The notes below the pieces were generated by a model that saw only the letters and a list, made by a program, of their open reading frames with translations, was not told the DNA's origin and did no database searches. Positions 9,101 to 17,739 of a DNA stretch of 64,000 bases are shown here, in pieces. The stretch is from Pseudorhodobacter sp. PARRP1 (GTDB taxonomy: Bacteria; Pseudomonadota; Alphaproteobacteria; Rhodobacterales; Rhodobacteraceae), in NCBI GenBank assembly GCA_002256245.1, contig NKIU01000008.1:53333-117332 (forward strand). The letters are read 5' to 3'. Positions within the stretch are counted from its first letter, which is position 1. The number at the start of each line of letters is the position of its first letter. Position numbers and translations under genes: made by a program.

Positions 9101-10455
9101 GCATCCTTCTGAAAAACTGCGCGGCGATTGTGCCCTCGGCATCCGATCTGGTGCTGGCGGGGCAGGATATGCTGATCGAGGGCAAGCAGATTGCCGCCAT
9201 CGGCCCCAACCTGCACGCGCCGGGGGCCGAGGTGATCGACGCCTCTGGCTGGTTCATCTACCCCGGCTTGGTCAACACGCATCACCATTTCTTTCAATGC
9301 TTTGTGCGCAACCGCGCCGATCTGGATTGGACCAAAATGTCGGTGATCGAATGGCTGGACCTGATCTATCCGATCTTCTCACGCCTGACCGAGGATCAGT
9401 TTTACCACGCCTCTGTCGTGGCTCTGGCCGAGTTGATCAAACACGGCTGCACCACGGCGTTCGATCACCAATACAACTTTCCCCGCCACGCAGGCAGCCG
9501 CATCGTGGATCGCCAGTTTGAAGCCGCCGATCTGTTCGGCATCCGCTTTCATGCGGGCCGGGGCGGCAATACCCTGCCGAAATCCGAAGGCTCCACGATC
9601 CCCGATGAGATGCTGGAAACCACGGATGAATTCATCGCCGATTGCGCGCGGCTGATTGACGCCTACCACGATGCCAGCCCCTTCAGCATGCGGCAGGTGG
9701 TGGTCTCGCCCTGCCAGCCGGTGAATTGCTACAAGGATACCTTCGTGGAATCCGTGCGGCTGGCGCGTGACAAGGGCGTGTTCCTGCACACCCATGTCGG
9801 TGAGGGCGAAAGCCCGGTGATCGCGGCGCGCACCGGGCGCAGGACGGTGCAATACCTTGAGGAGATGGGATTTTCCGGCCCCGATACCTTCTATGCGCAT
9901 TGCTGGGAATTGAGCCATGCCGAACTGGCGCGCATGGCTGCGACCAACACAGGCGTGTCGCATTGCCCCGAGCCTGTGTATCTGGTGGGGGCCGAAGTCA
10001 CCGATATTCCAGCGATGCAGGCGATGGGCTTGCGGATTGGTCTGGGCTGCGATGGGGCTGCGTCGAATGACAATTCCAACCTGATGCACACCATCCATTC
10101 GGGTTACATGCTGCAATGTCTGGTCGCCAATACGCGCCAGCATCCCGTGCCGGAACCAAGCGCGTTCCTTGGCTATGCCACGCAGGGCGGCGCAGACCTT
10201 TTGGGCCGCCGCGACCTTGGCCGCCTTGCCCCCGGCATGGCGGCGGACCTGTTTGCCATCGACACCCGCCGTCTGGAATATGTCGGCACCCGGCACGATC
10301 CGGCCAGCCTGATCCCCAAGGTGGGCATCGGCCGCCCGGTTGATATGACGATGATCAACGGCCGTATCGTCTGGCGTGACGGCCAATTCCCCGGCCTTGA
10401 TGAGCGCGATCTGTTCACAAAAGCCGAAGCATCCTTCCACTGCATCCTGTCCTGA
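9097..10455 (+). CDS. Metal-dependent amidohydrolase, 8-oxoguanine/guanine-deaminase-like
   Basis: PGLVNTHHHFFQ, FHAGRG, HTHVGE, GLGCDG, PGMAAD motifs; ATG at 9097 overlaps the GST stop. Confidence 0.85.
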   Translation: MSILLKNCAAIVPSASDLVLAGQDMLIEGKQIAAIGPNLHAPGAEVIDASGWFIYPGLVNTHHHFFQCFVRNRADLDWTKMSVIEWLDLIYPIFSRLTEDQFYHASVVALAELIKHGCTTAFDHQYNFPRHAGSRIVDRQFEAADLFGIRFHAGRGGNTLPKSEGSTIPDEMLETTDEFIADCARLIDAYHDASPFSMRQVVVSPCQPVNCYKDTFVESVRLARDKGVFLHTHVGEGESPVIAARTGRRTVQYLEEMGFSGPDTFYAHCWELSHAELARMAATNTGVSHCPEPVYLVGAEVTDIPAMQAMGLRIGLGCDGAASNDNSNLMHTIHSGYMLQCLVANTRQHPVPEPSAFLGYATQGGADLLGRRDLGRLAPGMAADLFAIDTRRLEYVGTRHDPASLIPKVGIGRPVDMTMINGRIVWRDGQFPGLDERDLFTKAEASFHCILS

Positions 10456-10479
10456 TCCCACAATCCCAAAGGAAACCCG

Positions 10480-11571
10480 ATGACCCAAACCCGCCGCTCT
10501 TTCCTGAAAACCTCGCTTGCCGCCAGCACCGCCTTGGCTTTGCCGCTGCCCGCCTTTGCCGAAGGCGAAGTGCTGAATGTGGCCCTGATCGTGCCCTCGC
10601 CCGCAGCCGACGTCGGCTGGTCGCACACGCTGGAACTTGGCACCAAGGCGTTGGAGGCCGAATATGGTGACAAGGTCAAGGTCACGCTGCTGGAGAATAT
10701 CGCCGAAGGCCCGGATGCCGACCGGATTATGAACAAGACCGTGGCCGACGGGAACACCTTCCTGATCCTCGGCTCGTTTGGCTATATGAACGGCGGGTTG
10801 AAACTGGCCAAGGCGCATCCGGAAGTGTCGATCCTGCATGCCTCGGGCTATCAGGTGGCCCCGAATTTCTCGCCGTTTGGCGCGCGCTATTATCAGGGCA
10901 CTTACCTGATGGGGATGGCCGCGGCGTCCTTGTCAAAGTCGAAGAAACTCGGCTGCGTGGGGGCCTTTGCGATCCCCGAACTGATCACCTCGATCAACGC
11001 CTTCACCTTGGGGGCGCAATCGGTGGACCCAAGCATTGAGGTGTCGGTGGTCTGGGTGAACTCTTGGTTCGATCCGGCGTCGGAACAAGAGGCCGCCAAG
11101 GCGCTGCTGGCGCAGGGCTGCGATGTGGTGTTCTCGAACGCGCAGGACACGCCTTCGGTGGTGGCGGCGTGTGAAGAGGCCGGGGCCTATGTGTTCAACC
11201 TGAACTCGTCGATGAAAACCTATGCGCCGAAGAAATATCTGGGCGTGGTGGGCACCGACTGGGCGCCGTATTTCAAGGCATCCGTCGCCGCACATCTGGC
11301 GGGCACCTTTGCCGGGGCAAGCGCGTGGCTGGGCATGGCCGACAACTGCGTGTTTGTCGCCGACTGGAACCCCGATATTGCCCCCGATATGGTGGCGAAG
11401 ATCGAGGCCGTTCACGCCACCCTGATGGACGGCAGCTTCAGCCCGTTCACTGGGCCTTTGACCAACCAAGACGGGGCCGAGGCTGTCGCTGCGGGTGTCA
11501 CCTTGGGCGATGACGCGATCCTGTCGATGGATTGGCATGTCAAGGGCGTGACCACGCCGCTGCCGAAGTAA
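10480..11571 (+). CDS. BMP-family (purine/nucleoside) ABC substrate-binding protein
   Basis: Twin-arginine leader TRRSFLK; DVGWSH, SFGYM, VWVNSWFDP motifs of the BMP/PnrA family. Confidence 0.88.
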   Translation: MTQTRRSFLKTSLAASTALALPLPAFAEGEVLNVALIVPSPAADVGWSHTLELGTKALEAEYGDKVKVTLLENIAEGPDADRIMNKTVADGNTFLILGSFGYMNGGLKLAKAHPEVSILHASGYQVAPNFSPFGARYYQGTYLMGMAAASLSKSKKLGCVGAFAIPELITSINAFTLGAQSVDPSIEVSVVWVNSWFDPASEQEAAKALLAQGCDVVFSNAQDTPSVVAACEEAGAYVFNLNSSMKTYAPKKYLGVVGTDWAPYFKASVAAHLAGTFAGASAWLGMADNCVFVADWNPDIAPDMVAKIEAVHATLMDGSFSPFTGPLTNQDGAEAVAAGVTLGDDAILSMDWHVKGVTTPLPK

Positions 11572-11575
11572 ACCC

Positions 11576-13066
11576 ATGGCCGCGCTGTTGTCTTTGCAAG
11601 CTGTGTCAAAGCGTTACGGCGCGGTGCAGGCCAATGCCGGGATCGACCTTGTGGTTGATCCCGGCTCGATCCATGCCATTCTGGGCGAAAATGGCGCGGG
11701 CAAATCCACGCTGATGAAGCTGATCTATGGCGTGGAATCCCCCGATGCCGGGGTGATGCTGTGGAAGGGCCAGCCGGTGAACCTTGCCAGCCCAGCCGAG
11801 GCGCGGGCGCATGGCATCGGCATGGTGTTTCAGCATTTCTCGCTGTTTGAAACGCTAAGCGTGGTGCAGAACATCGCGCTGATCGTGCCGGGCAAGCAGG
11901 CAGACCTCGCCCGCCGCATCCGGGCCTTGGGCGCGGAATTTGGCCTTGAGGTTGACCCCGAGGCGATGGTGCACGCGCTGTCGGTGGGAGAGCGGCAACG
12001 GGTGGAAATCATCCGTTGCCTGCTGCTGAACCCCGAACTGCTTATTCTGGACGAGCCGACATCAGTGCTGCCGCCGCAAAGCGTGGCGCGGTTGTTTGAG
12101 ACACTCAGGGCCTTGCAGGCGCGCGGCATGGCGATCTTGTTCATCAGCCATAAACTGGAAGAAATCAAAGAGTTATGCGACACCGCCACCATCCTGCGGG
12201 GTGGCCGCGTATCGGGCCGTGTCGATCCGCGCGGCCATTCGGCCAAGGATCTGGCAACGCTGATGATCGGCCGCGCCATGCCGCCGCCGTTGCCTGCAAC
12301 CGCGCAGGACCCGGGCGAGGCGTGGCTGGAACTGGCGGGGCTCAGCTATCGCAACGATGATCCGTTTGGCGTCTCGCTGCATGATCTGTCGCTACAGGCG
12401 CGCAGCGGCGAGATCGTTGGCATCGCGGGCATTTCCGGCAATGGCCAGCAGGAGTTGGCGGCGCTGATCTCGGGTGAAATCGCAGCGCAGGGCGCGGGGT
12501 TGCGGATGATGGGGCAGGGCGTGGGGCGTCTGGGCGTCGCCGCGCGCCGCCGTCTGGGCTTTGCCTTTGTGCCGGAAGAACGTTTGGGCCGCGGCGCTGT
12601 GCCGGAAATGTCTTTGGCCGACAACGCCTTGCTGACCGCCCATCGCGCGGGGCTGGTGGCGCGCGGCTTTATCCGTCGCGCGCCCGAGCGGGCCTTCACC
12701 GCCGCCATTATCACCCGCTATGACGTGCGCACGCCGGGGCCAGAGGCCGAGGCGGCGGCGCTGTCGGGCGGCAATCTGCAAAAGTTCATCATGGGGCGCG
12801 AAATGATGCTGGACCCCAAACTGTTGTTGGTGTCGCAGCCGACATGGGGCGTGGATATTGGGGCGGCCACCGAAATCCGCCAGCGCCTGATCGCGATGCG
12901 CAATGCGGGCGCGGCCATTCTGGTGATTTCCGAGGAGTTGGAGGAGTTGTTCCAGATCTGCGACCGCCTGCATGTGCTGCACAAGGGCCATCTGTCGCCG
13001 TCCCTGCCTGTGGCCGAGACCAATGCCGAGGCCGTGGGGGCCTATATGATCGGAAGTGCGGCATGA
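11576..13066 (+). CDS. Nucleoside-type ABC ATP-binding protein (two ABC domains)
   Basis: GENGAGKST, LSVGERQRVEI, second domain with LSGGNLQK and QPTWGVD. Confidence 0.92.
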   Translation: MAALLSLQAVSKRYGAVQANAGIDLVVDPGSIHAILGENGAGKSTLMKLIYGVESPDAGVMLWKGQPVNLASPAEARAHGIGMVFQHFSLFETLSVVQNIALIVPGKQADLARRIRALGAEFGLEVDPEAMVHALSVGERQRVEIIRCLLLNPELLILDEPTSVLPPQSVARLFETLRALQARGMAILFISHKLEEIKELCDTATILRGGRVSGRVDPRGHSAKDLATLMIGRAMPPPLPATAQDPGEAWLELAGLSYRNDDPFGVSLHDLSLQARSGEIVGIAGISGNGQQELAALISGEIAAQGAGLRMMGQGVGRLGVAARRRLGFAFVPEERLGRGAVPEMSLADNALLTAHRAGLVARGFIRRAPERAFTAAIITRYDVRTPGPEAEAAALSGGNLQKFIMGREMMLDPKLLLVSQPTWGVDIGAATEIRQRLIAMRNAGAAILVISEELEELFQICDRLHVLHKGHLSPSLPVAETNAEAVGAYMIGSAA

Positions 13067-14133
13067 GGATCAGCTTTGTCCGCCGGGATCACGCCTCGCG
13101 CCCCGCCATGCTGCTGGCCCCGGTGGTGGCCTTTGCCTGCGCGATTGTGGCGAGCGTGATCCTGTTCACCGCCTTGGGCAAAGCCCCCGGCCAAGCCTTG
13201 TATTCGCTGCTGCTGGAGCCGTTTCTGACGTGGTATAACTTTTCCGAAGTCTTGCTGAAAATGGCCCCGCTGCTGCTGATTGCCCAAGGGCTTGCCATCG
13301 GTTTTCGCGCCAATGTGTTCAACATCGGGGCCGAGGGGCAGTTGATTATCGGAGCCATCGCGGCTTCGGCTTTACCGGTCTGGTATCCGCAGGGCGACAG
13401 CGCTTTGATGCTGCCTGCGATGCTGGTGATGGGGGCAGGGGCGGGGATGGCTTGGGCCGCGATTGCCGCCATGTTCCGCACAAGGTTCAATGCCAATGAG
13501 ATTCTGGTGACGCTGATGCTGTCGCTGATCGCCGCGCAAGTGCTGAACTATCTGCTGCTGGGCCCGTGGAAAGACCCGCATGGCTTCAACTTTCCGCAAA
13601 GCGTGATGTTTCCCGATGCCGCCCTGCTGCCGATCCTGCTGCCGGGCACGCGGGTGAATATCTCGCTTTTGTTCGCGCTGGTGGCAAGCGTGTTGGCCTA
13701 TGTGCTGATGCGCCACCGCTTTGCCGGGTTTCAACTGCTGGTGGGTGGGCTTGCCCCCCGCGCGGCTCGCTATGCCGGTTTCAGTGAGGCCCGTGCCATT
13801 TGGCTAAGCCTGCTTTTGGGTGGGCTTGCGGCAGGGCTGGCGGGGGCTGCGGAGGTGGCGGGGCCGCTGGGGCAGTTGCAACGCTCGGTTTCCCTTGGCT
13901 ACGGCTATTCCGCGATCATTGTGGCTTACTTGGGCGGGTTGAACCCTTTGGGCATTGTGGTGTCGGCCTTTGTGATGTCGGTGATTTATATCGGCGGCGA
14001 CAATGCGATGGTGTCGGCGGATTTGCCGGTGGCCGCCGTCTGGGTGTTTCAGGGCCTGCTGCTGTGCTTTTACCTCGCCGGCCTGACCTTCATCCGTCAC
14101 CGTGTCAGCTTTAGTCGCAAGGCCCTGCCATGA
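13063..14133 (+). CDS. Nucleoside-type ABC permease
   Basis: FNIGAEGQ, NEILVTLML, GYGYSAIIVA motifs; ATGA overlap. Confidence 0.9.
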   Translation: MRISFVRRDHASRPAMLLAPVVAFACAIVASVILFTALGKAPGQALYSLLLEPFLTWYNFSEVLLKMAPLLLIAQGLAIGFRANVFNIGAEGQLIIGAIAASALPVWYPQGDSALMLPAMLVMGAGAGMAWAAIAAMFRTRFNANEILVTLMLSLIAAQVLNYLLLGPWKDPHGFNFPQSVMFPDAALLPILLPGTRVNISLLFALVASVLAYVLMRHRFAGFQLLVGGLAPRAARYAGFSEARAIWLSLLLGGLAAGLAGAAEVAGPLGQLQRSVSLGYGYSAIIVAYLGGLNPLGIVVSAFVMSVIYIGGDNAMVSADLPVAAVWVFQGLLLCFYLAGLTFIRHRVSFSRKALP

Positions 14134-15041
14134 ACGCTGTTGATTTCATTCTGGCGGGTATGCTGGCCGCCGCCACGCCGATGTTGCTGGCGGCCTTGGG
14201 CGAGATGGTGGTGGAGCGATCCGGCGTGTTGAACCTTGGGCTGGAGGGGATGATGGCCCTGGGTGCGGCTTTGGGGTTTATCACCACCTACAGCACGGGC
14301 AGCCATGCCTTGGGCTTTGTGGTGGCGGCGTTGGGCGGGGCGGCGCTGTCGCTGCTGTTTGCGCTGATCGTGCTGGGGTTTGTCGCCAATCAGGTGGCGG
14401 CGGGGCTGGCGATCGGGATTTTGGGCACCGGGCTGTCGTCGCTGTTTGGCAAGAATTTTGAAAGCCTGACGATTGACGGTTTGCCGAAGCTGGCGCTGCC
14501 GGGGCTGTCTGATCTGCCGGTGGTGGGGGTGTTGTTTGTGCAGGATGCGGTGGTCTGGGCCACCGCTGTGCTGGCGCTGGCGATCTGGGCGGTGATGACC
14601 CATTCGAAACTTGGCCTGATCATCCGCGCGGTGGGCGAGAACCCGCATGCGGCCCGCGCAATTGGCTTTGGGGTGCTGCGGGTGCGCTGCGGCGCGATTG
14701 CGTTTGGCGGCGCGCTTGCGGGCATCGCCGGGGCTTATGCGTCAACGGTTTACACGCCGCTGTGGGCCGATGGCATGATCGCCGGGCGCGGCTGGATCGC
14801 GCTGGCGCTGGTGGTGTTTGGCACCTGGATGACGGGCCGGGTGGTGTTTGGCGCGGTGCTGTTTGGTGCGTTGTCGCTGGGCGAGTTGACCACGCAAGCG
14901 GCGGGGGTGAACATCCCCTCGCAACTGTTGGCTTGCGTGCCCTATGTCGTGACGATTTTGATGCTGGCGGTGATTTCCTCGAACCGCAGGCGGATGCGGC
15001 TGAACACGATTGCCTCACTCGGCCAGCCGTTCGAGCGTTGA
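14130..15041 (+). CDS. Nucleoside-type ABC permease
   Basis: ERSGVLNLGLEGMM, RAVGENP, GRGWIALALV motifs. Confidence 0.9.
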   Translation: MNAVDFILAGMLAAATPMLLAALGEMVVERSGVLNLGLEGMMALGAALGFITTYSTGSHALGFVVAALGGAALSLLFALIVLGFVANQVAAGLAIGILGTGLSSLFGKNFESLTIDGLPKLALPGLSDLPVVGVLFVQDAVVWATAVLALAIWAVMTHSKLGLIIRAVGENPHAARAIGFGVLRVRCGAIAFGGALAGIAGAYASTVYTPLWADGMIAGRGWIALALVVFGTWMTGRVVFGAVLFGALSLGELTTQAAGVNIPSQLLACVPYVVTILMLAVISSNRRRMRLNTIASLGQPFER

Positions 15042-15114
15042 TGCGGGCGGGGGTTTTGCCAACCCCCGCACCCCCGCTTGGTGACCGTTCTGAAGTCGTC
15101 TCGTTTGTGGCAGA

Positions 15115-15163
15115 CCCCGGGGGCTCGCCCCCGGACCCCGAGGATATTTGAGAACGGATGAAA
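15115..15163 (-). repeat. TCATC-N8-9-AAATATCC dispersed repeat, copy a
   Basis: Reverse complement tttcatccgttctcaaatatcctcggggtccgggggcgagcccc matches copies at 18600, 24716, 24764, 51345. Confidence 0.7.
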
Positions 15164-15170
15164 CGCGGCG

Positions 15171-15818
15171 CTATTCGAAGGGTTCGTAGTGCGGGTTCGC
15201 TGTGGGCGGGGCTTTGGCCGCTTGGCGGGCGAGGATTTCGACAAAGCTGCGTCCGGTCTTGATCTCGGCGTGCAGCACCACTTGGGCTGCGGCGCGGGCA
15301 TCTTCTCCGGCGTCATGGTGGTGGAACTGCAGCGACAGCGCGGTTTTCAGATGGCCCAAACCGTGGCCGCCACGGCCCTTGAACTCGGGCCAGGCGCGGC
15401 GGGCGATGGTGACGCTATCGACCCAGTGCAGGCTGGGCACATCGAGGCCATGCCAGCCGCAAGCCGCCGCCACCGCGCGTTCGTCAAAGCGCGAGTGTTG
15501 CACCATGGGTTGCTGCGCCATCAGGGGCGCAAGGGCTGCGATCACTTCGGGAAACAGCGGGGCGTCGCGCACCATCGCCGCGTCAATGCCATGCAGTTGG
15601 GTGTTGAAGGGCGAGAACGCCTCTGCGGGGTTTACCAGCAGGCTGAAGTTGTCGATCTGCCCCCAGTCATCGACGCAGGCAAAGCCCATCTGGCAGATGC
15701 TATGCGCGTTGCGGTTGGCGGTTTCGACATCAAAAGCGATGAAGCGATAGGGCGGGCGCAGGCGTTCTGGCAGCAGCGGGTGGGGCAGCAGCGGGTGGGG
15801 CGGCAGCACGGGCGTCAA
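15171..15818 (-). CDS. DEDDh 3'-5' exonuclease (DnaQ/epsilon-like)
   Basis: FDVET, HSRFD, DSVTIAR, HHDAGEDA motifs; TTG start overlaps the uraH stop. Confidence 0.82.
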   Translation of the reverse strand: MTPVLPPHPLLPHPLLPERLRPPYRFIAFDVETANRNAHSICQMGFACVDDWGQIDNFSLLVNPAEAFSPFNTQLHGIDAAMVRDAPLFPEVIAALAPLMAQQPMVQHSRFDERAVAAACGWHGLDVPSLHWVDSVTIARRAWPEFKGRGGHGLGHLKTALSLQFHHHDAGEDARAAAQVVLHAEIKTGRSFVEILARQAAKAPPTANPHYEPFE

Positions 15819-16168
15819 CTGCCGCGATAGGTCGAATAGGCGAAGGGCGAGATCAGCAGCGGCACATGGTAATGTGCCTCGGCATCCGCCACGCCGAAGC
15901 GGATCGGGATTTCATCCAGAAACAGCACCTCGGCACTGGTCTGACCCGTGCTGCGCAGGTAGTTGCCCGCGCAAAACACCAGCTCATAGCTGCCCGCCGT
16001 CAGCGCCTTGCCTTCCAGCATGGGCGCATCGGTGCGGCCATCGGCGTTGGTCACGGTCTCGGCAATCTTCTTGTGGCTGTTGCCGCCGACCCGGTAGAGC
16101 ATGATCTTCACCCCCGCCGCAGGCTTGCCGCGCGCCGTATCCAGCACATGCGTTGTCAACTTGCCCAT
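15815..16168 (-). CDS. uraH: 5-hydroxyisourate hydrolase (transthyretin-like)
   Basis: LTTHVLDT, TNADGR, HYHVPLL and C-terminal YRGS signature. Confidence 0.95.
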   Translation of the reverse strand: MGKLTTHVLDTARGKPAAGVKIMLYRVGGNSHKKIAETVTNADGRTDAPMLEGKALTAGSYELVFCAGNYLRSTGQTSAEVLFLDEIPIRFGVADAEAHYHVPLLISPFAYSTYRGS

Positions 16169-16323
16169 CATCGCCCCCGTTTTCTGCCGCGCGTATTTCT
16201 GCCAACCTAGCCAAACTTGCCCCTTGCCGCAGCCCCTGCCAAGCCGCAAAACTCCTTTCGGGATTATTTGATAAAACCTTTAGGATCTTCGATATAGTTT
16301 CGCCGAAGAAGAAGGAGAGTTTG

Positions 16324-17739
16324 ATGCCCCGCTACCCCCGTGATTTCCGTGGCTACGGCCCCGATGCCCCTGATGCGGCCTGGCCGGGCGGTGCCAAGAT
16401 CGCGGTGTCGGTGGTGTTGAACTACGAAGAGGGCGGCGAGAACAACATCCTGCACGGCGATGGCAGCTCGGAAGCGTTTTTGTCCGATATTGCAGGGGCT
16501 GCGCCTTGGCCCGGTCAGCGCCATTGGAACATGGAATCGATCTACGATTACGGCGCGCGCGCGGGCTTCTGGCGGTTGCACCGGCTGTTCACCGGCATGG
16601 AGATTCCGGTGACGATCTACGGTGTGTCCACCGCTTTGGCGCGCAACCCCGAGCAGGTGGCCGCGATGAAGGCCGCCGGGTGGGAGATCGCGTCGCACGG
16701 GCTGAAATGGGTCGATCACCGCGACATGCCCCTTGCAGAGGAGCGTGCCCAGATCGCAGAATCCATCCGCCTGCACACCGAAGTCGTAGGCACACCCCCG
16801 CGCGGCTGGTACACCGGGCGCTGCTCGGTCAATACCGTCGATCTGACCGCCGAGACCGGGCAATTCGACTGGATTTCCGACACTTACGACGACGATCTGC
16901 CCTATTGGCGCGAGGTCGGCGCGCGTGATCAGTTGGTGATCCCCTACACGCTGGAAGCCAACGACATGCGCTTTGCCACAGCGCCGGGTTACATCGAGGG
17001 CCAGCAGTTCTTCCAATACCTGAAAGACAGCTTTGACACCCTTTATGCCGAGGGCTGCGAGGGCCGCGCGAAGATGTTCTCGATCGGTCTGCACTGCCGC
17101 CTGATCGGACGCCCGGGCAAAATCGCAGGGCTCAAGCGCTTCCTCGACTATGCAAAATCCCACAATGACGTGTGGTTCCCCCGCCGGATCGAGATCGCCG
17201 AACATTGGGCAAAAACCCATCCGCACAAACGCTTCGCACGGCCTTCTCAGATGACACGCGAAGCTTTCGTTGCGGCTTATGGTCCCATTTTCGAACATTC
17301 ACCCTGGATCGCCGACCGCGCCTTCGATCTGGAACTTGGCCCCGCCCATGACAGCGCCACAGGCCTGCACAACGCGCTCGCCCGTATCTTCCGCTCAGCC
17401 AGCCCCGCAGAACGCTTGGGCGTGCTGCAAGCCCACCCCGATCTTGCCGGCAAACTCGCCGCCGCCAAACAACTGACCGCGGCATCCAGTGCCGAGCAGG
17501 CCAGCGCAGCCCTCGATGCGCTGAGCGATGCCGAGCGTGCCGCGTTCCAAAGCCTGAACGCGGCTTATGTCGCCAAACACGGGTTCCCCTTCATCATCGC
17601 CGTGCGCGATAACACCAAGGCCAGCATCCTTGCGGCTTTTCACGCCCGCATCGCGCATGACACCGAAACCGAACTGCAAACCGCCTGCATGCAGGTCGAA
17701 CGTATCGCCGAACTCCGCCTGAAGGACATCCTGCCATGA
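16324..17739 (+). CDS. puuE: Allantoinase PuuE fused to C-terminal OHCU decarboxylase (UraD)
   Basis: LNYEEGGE, ESIYDYGARAGFWR, SHGLKW, SIGLHCRLIGRPG followed by FEHSPWIA, AHPDLAG, SSAEQ, FPFIIAV, ERIAELRL; AAGGAG RBS. Confidence 0.92.
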   Translation: MPRYPRDFRGYGPDAPDAAWPGGAKIAVSVVLNYEEGGENNILHGDGSSEAFLSDIAGAAPWPGQRHWNMESIYDYGARAGFWRLHRLFTGMEIPVTIYGVSTALARNPEQVAAMKAAGWEIASHGLKWVDHRDMPLAEERAQIAESIRLHTEVVGTPPRGWYTGRCSVNTVDLTAETGQFDWISDTYDDDLPYWREVGARDQLVIPYTLEANDMRFATAPGYIEGQQFFQYLKDSFDTLYAEGCEGRAKMFSIGLHCRLIGRPGKIAGLKRFLDYAKSHNDVWFPRRIEIAEHWAKTHPHKRFARPSQMTREAFVAAYGPIFEHSPWIADRAFDLELGPAHDSATGLHNALARIFRSASPAERLGVLQAHPDLAGKLAAAKQLTAASSAEQASAALDALSDAERAAFQSLNAAYVAKHGFPFIIAVRDNTKASILAAFHARIAHDTETELQTACMQVERIAELRLKDILP

